NCBI GenBank assembly: GCA_045603665.1
Contig: JAZUMO010000090.1
Location: forward strand, 3,503 to 67,502
Origin: Acutalibacteraceae bacterium
GTDB taxonomy: Bacteria > Bacillota > Clostridia > Oscillospirales > Acutalibacteraceae
DNA: 64,000 nt
Direction of reading: 5' to 3'
The number at the start of each line of letters is the position of its first letter. Within the stretch, counting starts at the first letter, position 1. Below the pieces are notes generated by a model. The model searched no databases, was not told the origin of the DNA, and saw nothing but the letters and a program-made list of their open reading frames with translations. The position numbers and the translations under genes were made by a program. Of the stretch, positions 38,337 through 46,992 are shown in pieces.

Positions 38337-40421
38337 TTATACGCTTTGCATAAGGCGGTATCTTTCCTCAAGCTCCTCATAATAGGTATAGCTTTCAGAT
38401 TGGTGAATAAGGTTTTCAGCCTCGGTATACGGCTTTGTTGCCCTTGCATAATCGGAAGCAGCCTTCAGCCATTTATTAAGCTCACGCTTGATTTTAAGGC
38501 TTTCAGCAAATGAAGAGGCCTCCTTATTCATAATAGCATCTCTTACAGCCTCGTCAGGCTCTCTGAGATTATCAAGACCGTATTTTCTTATAAGAGAAGC
38601 GGCTTCTTTTTTTATCTTTGCATTTTTGATTGCATCGTCACGGATTTCTTTTTCATCCTTTGTTCCTTTGGGAAGTGCCTTAGCCCTTGCAAGCTCTTCG
38701 GCAGCATCCTCGTAGAAATAAAGCTTTCCCTTTGCAACGTCAATTTCAGCCTGAGCAATTCTAGCAAGGCCTGCCGGAGTTGTAAACTTATTAAGGTCCT
38801 GCATAATAATCTGCGATCTTTCAATTGCACGGTTTATCTCTTTAGCTTCTTTTCTTGTTGTTCTGTCATCGCCTTTATTTACGGGAACTTTCTCCATTCC
38901 TGCATATTTTCTTGCTTCGAGAATAATCGGCATAGTCTCTTCAAGCTCACCGTCATCGAGAACGCCAAGAGTATGGTTTTCAAACATTGAACGGATTCTC
39001 AGCACGCCCACATAGCCTGCGTGCTTGTTTTCCGTAAGATCATAAAAGAAATAGGGAATGAGATTGAGAAGAGCACCAAATGCGGACATTATGATAAGAA
39101 CCTCAAAAAGATTGTTTCTTACAGTGTCGTCGTAAAGAACATTATAATCTTCCACAAGTCCCATCTTTTCATAAACGGCAGGATAAACCATACCTGTAAA
39201 GAAGCCGATAACCGTGCCTATGATGCCGAGAGGGCCGAAAAGGCCGTCAACACGCACACCTGTTTTCCATTGGTGATAATCCCTCATATCGGCGCTTATC
39301 TGGTGCTGAACAATGTTCCAGAAGGTATTGATGAATGTGTTTATGTACCAAATAACACAAATCATTATAAGATTCTGATATACGAAATAAAGTATGAGAA
39401 GAATGACAATATTAATGGCATTGGCTGTAATGAGAAGGTTTCTTTTGCCGATAGCCTTGATTACAACAGGACAAAGAAGCATCGACCATAAAGCAGCATT
39501 ACCGATGATTGTGTTAGCAAGACCGAGAGAGGCCTGATACTGGCCGCCGTGGCTGTAAACAAACGACCAGGCAAGAACCACACCATAACCCGATTCAAGG
39601 AAAACAACCCAACCTGCTGCCTGAATAATCCAATAGTATTTGTTTTTTGCAACTTCACGGATTGCATCGATCATTCTGACAGGCTCAGGCTTCTTTTTGG
39701 GAAGAATGAGCCTTTCCTTAACCTTGCGGAAAAAGATAAGACAAAGAACCAAGCCTACTGCAGAGAAGCCCGGATAAATAATTCTGTAAGTCCATATATT
39801 GTTAAGACCCCAGGTAAGACCTGCGACCAAAGGAACAACAAGCTGGGTTATAGTAGGAGCAAGAGAGTAAATAACCTGAGATATACTCATAACATTTGCT
39901 CTTTCCTGAGAGTTAGGGGTAATTATTTGCTGAAAATAAACATAGCTTTCACTGAAAAAAGAAGTGAAAAGACTAAGAATCATATGCATAAACCAAACAA
40001 TAGCCGCCTTGGTTAAATACTGCATATTCTCATAGGGTAGCCACACAAAAACCGTAGAAATGAGAACGATGGGAAGACAAGTCATCTTTATAAAAGGAAG
40101 AAATTTTCCACCCTTAAGATGGTGATTATCGTAATACCAAGCGCGGAAAATACCCAAAGGTATACCGATGATGTTTGCTATTATAAGCATTATCTGAAGG
40201 TCTGTTGGCTTGAGACCGATACTTGCACCGACCAAAAAGCTCGAAGCACTGAGGCTGATTTGGGACGAAAGCAATGTCATCCAGTGCACACCAAAGCCGG
40301 CACCGCTGAGGCTTGCAACCTCCTTGTAAGGAATATAATTTCCCTTCGGTGGCTCTGTCCAGTATTCTTTTGCGGTTTTAAGAACATATTTTGCTTTAGC
40401 AACAATACCTTTATTTTCCAT
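38337..40421 (-). CDS. GPH/MFS-type transporter with ~235-aa C-terminal soluble helical extension
   Basis: Residues 1 to ~455 are polytopic (12 hydrophobic segments, glycoside-pentoside-hexuronide-like). Residues ~460-694 are charged and helical (EAKEINRAIERSQ..., AEELARAKALPKG...). RBS GGAGG. Confidence 0.75.
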   Translation of the reverse strand: MENKGIVAKAKYVLKTAKEYWTEPPKGNYIPYKEVASLSGAGFGVHWMTLLSSQISLSASSFLVGASIGLKPTDLQIMLIIANIIGIPLGIFRAWYYDNHHLKGGKFLPFIKMTCLPIVLISTVFVWLPYENMQYLTKAAIVWFMHMILSLFTSFFSESYVYFQQIITPNSQERANVMSISQVIYSLAPTITQLVVPLVAGLTWGLNNIWTYRIIYPGFSAVGLVLCLIFFRKVKERLILPKKKPEPVRMIDAIREVAKNKYYWIIQAAGWVVFLESGYGVVLAWSFVYSHGGQYQASLGLANTIIGNAALWSMLLCPVVIKAIGKRNLLITANAINIVILLILYFVYQNLIMICVIWYINTFINTFWNIVQHQISADMRDYHQWKTGVRVDGLFGPLGIIGTVIGFFTGMVYPAVYEKMGLVEDYNVLYDDTVRNNLFEVLIIMSAFGALLNLIPYFFYDLTENKHAGYVGVLRIRSMFENHTLGVLDDGELEETMPIILEARKYAGMEKVPVNKGDDRTTRKEAKEINRAIERSQIIMQDLNKFTTPAGLARIAQAEIDVAKGKLYFYEDAAEELARAKALPKGTKDEKEIRDDAIKNAKIKKEAASLIRKYGLDNLREPDEAVRDAIMNKEASSFAESLKIKRELNKWLKAASDYARATKPYTEAENLIHQSESYTYYEELEERYRLMQSV

Positions 40422-40435
40422 AATATAACCTCCGT

Positions 40436-40452
40436 TTCTGTGTCACAGAAAA
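40436..40452. promoter_or_regulatory. Perfect 8+1+8 palindrome between promoter and RBS of the transporter operon (candidate operator)
   Basis: TTTCTGTG-T-CACAGAAA at 40436-40452, located between the -10 (40486-40491) and the RBS/start (40421). Confidence 0.4.
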
Positions 40453-40485
40453 TCCGATTCCGTCAACACAAGTTTATCCTGAAAA

Positions 40486-40514
40486 TTATAACACATTTTT
40501 TCCGCTCATACAAG
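40486..40514 (-). promoter_or_regulatory. SigA-type promoter (extended -10) of the transporter/redox operon
   Basis: Minus strand TTGTAT, 17 nt, TATAAT with TGT immediately upstream of the -10. Confidence 0.6.
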
Positions 40515-40561
40515 AAGATTTTTCTCAAATTACCAAATATTTGTCAAGAGTTCCGATAAAG

Positions 40562-40590
40562 AAAAAAAGTCCGTCGGTTTCAACGGACTT
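40562..40590 (-). terminator. Rho-independent terminator after the DUF4091 gene
   Basis: Minus strand AAGTCCGT-tgaaaccg-ACGGACTT followed by TTTTTTC, 7 nt after the stop at 40597. Confidence 0.8.
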
Positions 40591-40596
40591 AATCTT

Positions 40597-42216
40597 TTAT
40601 TTCGCAGCTTTTTTTATCGCCTCATTTACCGCCTCTCTTGTGTTAAGCAGCCAGAGGCTGTCATGGGGATAATCCCTGAAGGAAAGAGAGTGTCTGCCGT
40701 TTTCCTCAATAACATCGAGGCAGGTCTTTTTATCCGTCAGCCGACTAAGAGTCTTAAGCGCAGCCATATCCTGCAAGCCGTCGTAAAACACCTTAAGACG
40801 AAGTGAATGGTAAGCTGTTCCGTCCTTTGCGGGATATACCATAAAGCTGTCGCCCGAAGGAAAAGACTTATCTGCATCGGTAACGGTAAAGGGGTCAATA
40901 AGACCCTTTGAAAGGCGGCGGTAATAGAAATTATATCCCCAGTGCAAAAAGCCTTTTATGTCATATCTGAACATCTGATAGCCGATAACTCTTGTTCTCA
41001 GGGACTCGTTACAAAAAAATCGGTTTGAAACATTGTGCTTTGTCTGTGCACTGCAGTAATATACCCAAAGATTTTTTACCTTGCCGAGGAATTTATCAAT
41101 ATGGTCGTTGCAGGGTATCGGGTTCGGAACAAGCTTCAGCCTGTAAAACCAATAATCCGATAAGGCATCCATAATTCTGTATCCCTTGAAAAGCCTCCTG
41201 ATGAGCTTTGATGCCTTTGCATATGTGGAAATTACACCGAAATTCGGCTCATCACTGACATGGATAAAAACCTTGTCCTTCATATTTCTTTTTTCAAAAT
41301 ACCGCTTAAGCTCCACGGAAAAAGCCTCAAGAAAGGCTTTGTATTCCTTTGAATCAGACCTTGTTTTCCAGCCGAAAAGCTGTTTATATTCACCGTCAAC
41401 AGTTGCCATAATTTTCGGTGCGCTTCTTGCACCCCACTGTGTAAAGAAATGGGAAAGCTCGAAATATTCGATTCCGCAGCGGTGAGCCATTTCAATCCAT
41501 CGGGTAAGCTTATCAAAGTTAAAGGAATATTTTCCACCGTCAAGTCTTATATCTACAAGCTGAACGGTAGGTCTTTCACCGCCCTGCTCGGTATCAAGAG
41601 GCGGTGTGAACAAGGGAGTGAGCACACAATTCTGTCCGTACTCCCCTGCTGTTTTCAGATAATTTTCCGTCACTCTCCAATACTCATCGGAAAAATCCTC
41701 AAAATTATAATAAGACATAAGGCAGTCTGTATGGAACCAGCAGGTATAAACAAAATCCCTGAAATCAAGCTCCGCATCAATAATCTCCACACCGAGAGAA
41801 GCCGTCTTATCCCCGACAGTTAATATTATTGTATTTTCTCCGATTTTACCGTCAGCACCGTTCACCTCGAACCAAAGGACATTAATTCCTTTTTTGAGAT
41901 TAATACTTTTTCCCGTGACAGGCAAAAGCAAATCGGGATAATACCCGCTTTCACTGAAACGGAAATAGCTGTCTGCTCCTTTGCTCATAGGTAAATCTGA
42001 CTTTACGTGCTCAACAGTATAGACCTTTATACTGTCAAATGTGCTTTCTGTTCTTAATTCAGCTTCGGTATCAGCACATACCTTCACGGCAAGCTGAAAG
42101 GATTTCTTTTCATTTTTTAGCATTGAAAAGCCTTTATACTCTCTTTCGGTAATTTTGTCCGTATCATAAAGCTTTTCGAGGGATGACATTATTTTAATTG
42201 AATTTATACTGTTCAT
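40597..42216 (-). CDS. DUF4091 domain protein (glycoside-hydrolase-like, GH123-related fold)
   Basis: 539 aa with no signal peptide. The central region (IEYFELSHFFTQWGA, VFIHVSDEP, WVYYC) resembles DUF4091 proteins as I remember them. Family call only. Confidence 0.6.
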   Translation of the reverse strand: MNSINSIKIMSSLEKLYDTDKITEREYKGFSMLKNEKKSFQLAVKVCADTEAELRTESTFDSIKVYTVEHVKSDLPMSKGADSYFRFSESGYYPDLLLPVTGKSINLKKGINVLWFEVNGADGKIGENTIILTVGDKTASLGVEIIDAELDFRDFVYTCWFHTDCLMSYYNFEDFSDEYWRVTENYLKTAGEYGQNCVLTPLFTPPLDTEQGGERPTVQLVDIRLDGGKYSFNFDKLTRWIEMAHRCGIEYFELSHFFTQWGARSAPKIMATVDGEYKQLFGWKTRSDSKEYKAFLEAFSVELKRYFEKRNMKDKVFIHVSDEPNFGVISTYAKASKLIRRLFKGYRIMDALSDYWFYRLKLVPNPIPCNDHIDKFLGKVKNLWVYYCSAQTKHNVSNRFFCNESLRTRVIGYQMFRYDIKGFLHWGYNFYYRRLSKGLIDPFTVTDADKSFPSGDSFMVYPAKDGTAYHSLRLKVFYDGLQDMAALKTLSRLTDKKTCLDVIEENGRHSLSFRDYPHDSLWLLNTREAVNEAIKKAAK

Positions 42217-42283
42217 AAGCGTTCACCTTTTAAACGTTTATTTTTGAAATAATAACATCAGACAAGGTTTTTCTCATCAGCCG

Positions 42284-42859
42284 TCAGTTATTCTCCTTTG
42301 AATAAACCACCATACCGACGCCGTGATCTCTGACTAAAATATCGTCGGGGAACCGTGAAAATTTTGCCGTCACAAAAAAATCTCCCGCTGCACCCGATAT
42401 ATTTGTTATCTGAATAAAATATATCACCCAGAACCACTCCTCATTTACCATCAGATTCACAACAGCCAAAACAATTCCCCATAACACCACAGGGGCAAGA
42501 GCAATAAATATATAAGGCTTTTTTGAATAGTAATCCTGACTTCCTGCAAAGGCATACATACCCGTAAAGCCATATTTGACCTTCTTTGTTCCGCAAAGCT
42601 TCATTGCTATGCCGTGTACAAGTTCATGCAGAATCATATATAATACCGACAAAACCGCTAAGGCAAGTATTCTAATTAAAAAGCCGTCATCAAAATTAAA
42701 AAGCTCACTTATCGGTATTACAAAATGCATCGGTAAAGCCATAGCCGCACCGATAACCAATGCAATTATATTTACAGTAAGTGCCATTTTTTTGTCTTTT
42801 TGTAAATTGACGGAATAAAACTCCTTGTATCCTTCAGGTAAAGTGCCGATTGCTTTCAT
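42284..42859 (-). CDS. DUF3267-like membrane protein with HExxH motif (putative zincin peptidase)
   Basis: 191 aa, 4 hydrophobic helices, HELVH motif in helix 2. Confidence 0.6.
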   Translation of the reverse strand: MKAIGTLPEGYKEFYSVNLQKDKKMALTVNIIALVIGAAMALPMHFVIPISELFNFDDGFLIRILALAVLSVLYMILHELVHGIAMKLCGTKKVKYGFTGMYAFAGSQDYYSKKPYIFIALAPVVLWGIVLAVVNLMVNEEWFWVIYFIQITNISGAAGDFFVTAKFSRFPDDILVRDHGVGMVVYSKENN

Positions 42860-42988
42860 AAAATCACCTCTTAGGAAATTATATCAGTATCGCTATGAAA
42901 AATCAAGAAAGATATTTCAGGCTGAAAATTACTGCTTTAAACAGAGAAATCATAAGCTGTTTTATGAGCCTGATGAAACATACAAACA

Positions 42989-43012
42989 GCCGTCGGGATT
43001 TTTCCCGACGGC
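42989..43012 (-). terminator. Rho-independent terminator after LCAT-like gene 1
   Basis: GCCGTCGGG-attttt-CCCGACGGC (9-bp GC stem), followed on the minus strand by TGTTTGTATGTTT. Confidence 0.65.
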
Positions 43013-43029
43013 CTTTGTAATAATTTTAA

Positions 43030-44739
43030 CTATTTGAATATTTTTGTGATAAGCTCAAAGAGCCATTTGAGTAAAGCAGTTACTGCAACAAAAATCTTTC
43101 CGTATTTATCCTTCGGATTGTCGAGTCTTTCTTCTGCCTCCCAATTTTCCGTATCACAGTTTTCTGTTGTCATTGTCTCAATTTCACCGTCGGAATCCTC
43201 GTCGGGATTGGTGTAAGAATAAACAACAAACTGTGAGGGCCAGCAGGAATTGTTGATTGTAACCTTTTCCTCAGATGAAGCAATTTCATAAAGGAGTCTT
43301 AATTCCCAATCAGACCAATTGGAATGGCTGGAGCCCTTTATAAACCAGGTACTTTCGGGGAAAAGACAGGTTGAAGCGTCAATCTGACCATCGGGAGAAA
43401 TATACTTACCGAGACCTGCTTCTTCCTTTGCGGCAATATAATCAGCGGGAAGGTCGTTATAAATTGTGCCCGTTGTTGCACCGAAGGATGAACGGCCGAC
43501 TGAAGCAAACTGGTCAGAAATAAGATAGTTTGTCTCACAGATGGGAAGAGTCTGGAAGCCGTATTTTGAAATTACACCGAAATTAATGCCGCTGCCGACA
43601 GCGTTTGTAAGAATTTCGGGAATTCTTTGGCGGACAACAGTGTTATAATTTTCAAGCTTTGAAATAAGACCTGCATATTCTTTTCTCTTTTCACTGCCGT
43701 CGGGACCGAATACATATTCCATAGCTGTACTATAGTCCTGGGGAGATACGCAAGCCCAGTAATTAGGCCATGTGTAGAAGGTTGAAAGAGCAAGTGCTGA
43801 GGTTACACCCTCAACCAGCTTGTAATAAATCCAGTCCTTACCCTTGCCGATAACTGTATCAAGCACACCGGTTCTGTCAAGCATTTCGAGAGTTGTGTTG
43901 ATAAATCCGTCAATATTGAACATTCCGATTGCACCGCAATCCTTAAGTGTTCTGTTAATTGCGGCAGCATCAATATTGAACTTACCGCTGATTGCTTCGC
44001 TGAGCATTTCTGCACCGCTTACAACGCTTCCGTCAAAGGCAATACCTCTGATACTTTCAGCTGCGTGCTCGGGATAAGAAGCAAGATAAGCAGTAACAAC
44101 ATTTGTGCCGAGACAGCTGGCAACAATACCAACCTCACCGCAGCCTGTTGAAGCTATAATATCGTCGATATAAGACTTGAGCTCGCCTGCACTTTCAATG
44201 GGATCAAGTCTCCAGTCATAGTAGAACCAATATCTGTCGTGAACATAGTATTTAACACCTTCAGAGGTGCGCCATGCCTGGTCGTTATGTCTGATGTTGT
44301 TCATTTTATTGATTCTCTCCTGTCTCAGACCGGTGCCGTACTGTGCGTTACCGTCCTTGTCGAGAAGTGAATTTTCAAAAAGCTCACTGATTTCAGTCTG
44401 GAGATTTTTATAATAGGGATCCCAATTGTCGTTAAGCAGACCGTCAATGAGGAAAGGCATAAGAATATTGGCTATTGATTCAAGAAGTGCGCTGTCATCC
44501 TCATCCTCTTCTTCGTCATCACTGTCAAGAATTGAAGCAAAATCCTTGTAATGGAAAACCTTATTGCCGTTTTTGTCAACAAGCTTTTCGCCGTCGCCTG
44601 AGATACGGATTACAGGAATATCACTCAAGCTCTGAGAAATCCATTCTGTCGGCTTGGCATATGCTGTCACAGACCAGACGCCGATAAGCATTATGAGAGC
44701 AAGAAAAAACGAAAGAGATTTTTTTATATTTCTTTTCAT
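43030..44739 (-). CDS. Secreted LCAT/PGAP1-like alpha/beta-hydrolase paralog 1 (Cys at nucleophile position), C-terminal hydrophobic tail
   Basis: GGAGG lies 9 nt before ATG 44739 (MKRNIKKSLSFFLALIMLIGVWSVTAYA signal peptide). YDWRLDP motif; elbow IVASCLG (Cys codon 44113-44115); SDQFAS and SSHSNW as candidate Asp and His; tail IFVAVTALLKWLFELITKIFK. Confidence 0.75.
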   Translation of the reverse strand: MKRNIKKSLSFFLALIMLIGVWSVTAYAKPTEWISQSLSDIPVIRISGDGEKLVDKNGNKVFHYKDFASILDSDDEEEDEDDSALLESIANILMPFLIDGLLNDNWDPYYKNLQTEISELFENSLLDKDGNAQYGTGLRQERINKMNNIRHNDQAWRTSEGVKYYVHDRYWFYYDWRLDPIESAGELKSYIDDIIASTGCGEVGIVASCLGTNVVTAYLASYPEHAAESIRGIAFDGSVVSGAEMLSEAISGKFNIDAAAINRTLKDCGAIGMFNIDGFINTTLEMLDRTGVLDTVIGKGKDWIYYKLVEGVTSALALSTFYTWPNYWACVSPQDYSTAMEYVFGPDGSEKRKEYAGLISKLENYNTVVRQRIPEILTNAVGSGINFGVISKYGFQTLPICETNYLISDQFASVGRSSFGATTGTIYNDLPADYIAAKEEAGLGKYISPDGQIDASTCLFPESTWFIKGSSHSNWSDWELRLLYEIASSEEKVTINNSCWPSQFVVYSYTNPDEDSDGEIETMTTENCDTENWEAEERLDNPKDKYGKIFVAVTALLKWLFELITKIFK

Positions 44740-44778
44740 TTGTATTTTCCTCCTATAGAATATATCTTTCATAGTTAT

Positions 44779-44806
44779 ATTATATTAAAAAATGTAAAAA
44801 AGTAAA
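44779..44806 (-). promoter_or_regulatory. Candidate promoter of LCAT-like gene 1
   Basis: Minus strand TTTACT, 16 nt, TATAAT, about 40 nt upstream of the start codon. Confidence 0.5.
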
Positions 44807-44893
44807 TATATTTATTGAAAAACGTTAATAATTTTTTAAGAGCTATAAATATTTTGCAGATTTCAGAAAAATGAACTATCTTTATCAATGATA

Positions 44894-45115
44894 CAGTCGG
44901 GTGCGGCTGTCCTGCCCATGCTTATTCACTTTTCCCTACTACTTATTACGAGCTTGCGAGTAACAAGGTTCTCCGAAACAAAGAAATCTTTGATTTCGTC
45001 TTGTTTCGTGAGGTTCTTATTACTTTCAAAAATCGACCCGAAGATTAGTGGAGAGTGAATAGTGAAGAAGTAAAAAGTAAAATCGACGAACCTCTGTCGA
45101 AATTCGTCGATTTTT
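44894..45115. repeat. Structured intergenic module, copy A (GTGAATA subtype) ending in the terminator of LCAT-like gene 2
   Basis: GC box cagtcGGGTGcGGcTGTCCtGCCc. Left arm CTTATTCACTTTTCCCTACTACTTATTAC. Inner hairpins CGAAACAAAGAAATCtttGATTTCgtCTTGTTTCG. Loop box AAAAATCGAC. Right arm GAGTGAATAGTGAAGAAGTAAAAAGTAAAA. Terminator AAAATCGACGAA-cctctgtcgaaa-TTCGTCGATTTTT (45079-45115). Confidence 0.7.
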
Positions 45116-45124
45116 ATGTATGTG

Positions 45125-46801
45125 TTATTTCTTAAATAATGATATCAGGAAATTTATCAGCGCTGTAAACCATCTGATAAGAACTGTAAATCTTGAAGTT
45201 GTATCTGTGGTATCCTTGCTGACATCCTTGTTTTCATCGGTAAGAGGTGTGAGAATTCCTACCTGCTCAACCTTACCGTGTGACATTTCTTCAAAAGTAG
45301 GCTCATAATACATAAACTGTGAATATGTGCCGTGAAGACCTGTGAAGGATTCCGTTGCTTTAATATAAGCATCATCATAGAAAAGGTCAAGTGCCATATA
45401 ATCCACACTGTGGGGATAGGTGTCGTGCTTGAGTTCTTTTATGTACCAGGTGTAATCGGCAAAGGGTGCAGTTGAGCCGTCAACCATTTTATCTGCCGAG
45501 ATATACTTGCCGAAGCCTGCTTCAACTCTTCCGGCAATATAATCATCGGAAAGCTTGCCCTTTAACTCTGAGGTTGTGGCACCCTCAAAGCTCTGTTTAC
45601 GAAGAGATACTACACCGTCACCGAGAAGATCGCTTTCTTCAATAACGGGATACATCTGGTCGCCGTATTTGGTCAGAATATATACCTTTACACCGGCATT
45701 CTGCATTTCCTTGAGCGTTGAAACAGCGGCTTTTTTAATTTCGTTATAACCGTAAATCTTATCAATAAGCTTATCATATTTGCCGTCAGCATTATCGCTT
45801 CCGAGCACAAATTCAACAGCTTCGTCTATTACCTCATCACTTACCATACCCCACCAACCGGGACACTGTCCAAAGACTTCACGGATAAGACGAGGCAAAA
45901 GATTAAGAGATATTTTATCATAGATACCCATAATAAAATCTGTTCCGCCTTCAAGAAGTCCGGTAAATGTTGCGAGATTGACTGTTTGCTTAACCAGGTC
46001 AAGAACGGGGCTTGTATCAATAAAGGTGTTTACAAAGCGGTTCAATCCATCAGGATCAAGATTAACCTTATTGGTATATACCTGATCTGCAATTTCAGCA
46101 CCCATAGCAATACTGTTATACATTATAACGCTTTCGACTTCGTTTTTTGCCTCTTCTGCAAACATATTGAGATATGCATTGACAATAACATTACCCTCAC
46201 AGCGACAGAGAATATTAACCTTGTCATGGCCTGTGCTTTTCTTAACTGCGTCAACAAAGCGTTTAAAATCCTTCGCATTTTCTCTGGGGTCAAGACGCAT
46301 ATCATACTGGAACTGTATGTGCTGAGCCCAGCTGATAGCATCGTTTGTATGACTGGTGTTTCTGCCGCTGTACCTTTTTAACAGATTCTCAATCTGATAT
46401 TCTGTCTGGATACCGGTGATATTTCCCTCGCCCTTTTCACCGTCATCGTTGAGCTTATAGCCGTCATAAATAGGTACGATTTCCTCTAAAAGAATATCAC
46501 AGTACTCATCCCACTCGTCAGTTAAAAGAGCTGCACCGAGAGCAGGGAGAATATTTGACGCTGCTTCGATGACAGAGTCTGTGCCGCCGGAAAGATTGGT
46601 TTCAGCCATATTTTCACTGCCGGTACCGAGAGACGGATCTTTGTAGATGTTTGTTCTGCCCTTAACGTAAATAACAGGGGTGACACCGCAGTTGCATTTG
46701 TAACCGTCTGCTGCAAAAACTGTAAAGCATACGGAAGCGGTGCTTACAAGCATAATTACGGTAAGTAATAATGCAAATGATTTTCTGAGTGTTCCTTTCA
46801 T
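45125..46801 (-). CDS. Secreted LCAT/PGAP1-like alpha/beta-hydrolase paralog 2 (Cys at nucleophile position), C-terminal hydrophobic tail
   Basis: GGAGG lies 8 nt before ATG 46801 (MKGTLRKSFALLLTVIMLVSTASVCFTVFA). YDMRLDP motif; elbow ILCRCEG (Cys codon 46199-46201); GDGVVS and LKHDTY as candidate Asp and His; tail RFTVLIRWFTALINFLISLFKK. Confidence 0.75.
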   Translation of the reverse strand: MKGTLRKSFALLLTVIMLVSTASVCFTVFAADGYKCNCGVTPVIYVKGRTNIYKDPSLGTGSENMAETNLSGGTDSVIEAASNILPALGAALLTDEWDEYCDILLEEIVPIYDGYKLNDDGEKGEGNITGIQTEYQIENLLKRYSGRNTSHTNDAISWAQHIQFQYDMRLDPRENAKDFKRFVDAVKKSTGHDKVNILCRCEGNVIVNAYLNMFAEEAKNEVESVIMYNSIAMGAEIADQVYTNKVNLDPDGLNRFVNTFIDTSPVLDLVKQTVNLATFTGLLEGGTDFIMGIYDKISLNLLPRLIREVFGQCPGWWGMVSDEVIDEAVEFVLGSDNADGKYDKLIDKIYGYNEIKKAAVSTLKEMQNAGVKVYILTKYGDQMYPVIEESDLLGDGVVSLRKQSFEGATTSELKGKLSDDYIAGRVEAGFGKYISADKMVDGSTAPFADYTWYIKELKHDTYPHSVDYMALDLFYDDAYIKATESFTGLHGTYSQFMYYEPTFEEMSHGKVEQVGILTPLTDENKDVSKDTTDTTSRFTVLIRWFTALINFLISLFKK

Positions 46802-46880
46802 TATCATATCCTCCTGATAAAAATTAATAAACCGCTAAGATTCGAAGATACTCCGAGCCTTGACTGTTAATTATAAATTA

Positions 46881-46909
46881 ATTATATCAAAATAAAATTA
46901 ATTTGTAAA
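46881..46909 (-). promoter_or_regulatory. SigA-type promoter of LCAT-like gene 2
   Basis: Minus strand TTTACA, 17 nt, TATAAT. Confidence 0.6.
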
Positions 46910-46920
46910 TAGAGAATTTT

Positions 46921-46992
46921 AAATTTAAAATCCGAGCACTTTACCCGGAAAGTAAAAATCGACGAACTTCTGTCGAAATTCGTCGATTTTTT
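46921..46992. repeat. Eroded module relic (copy B) plus terminator of the 47060-47557 gene
   Basis: AAAATCCGAGCACTTTACCCGGAAAG resembles the copy C terminator AAAATCCGCCCACTTTCGTGAACGG. It is followed by AAAAATCGACGAA-cttctgtcgaaa-TTCGTCGATTTTTT (46954-46992), which differs by 1 nt from the copy A terminator. Confidence 0.6.
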
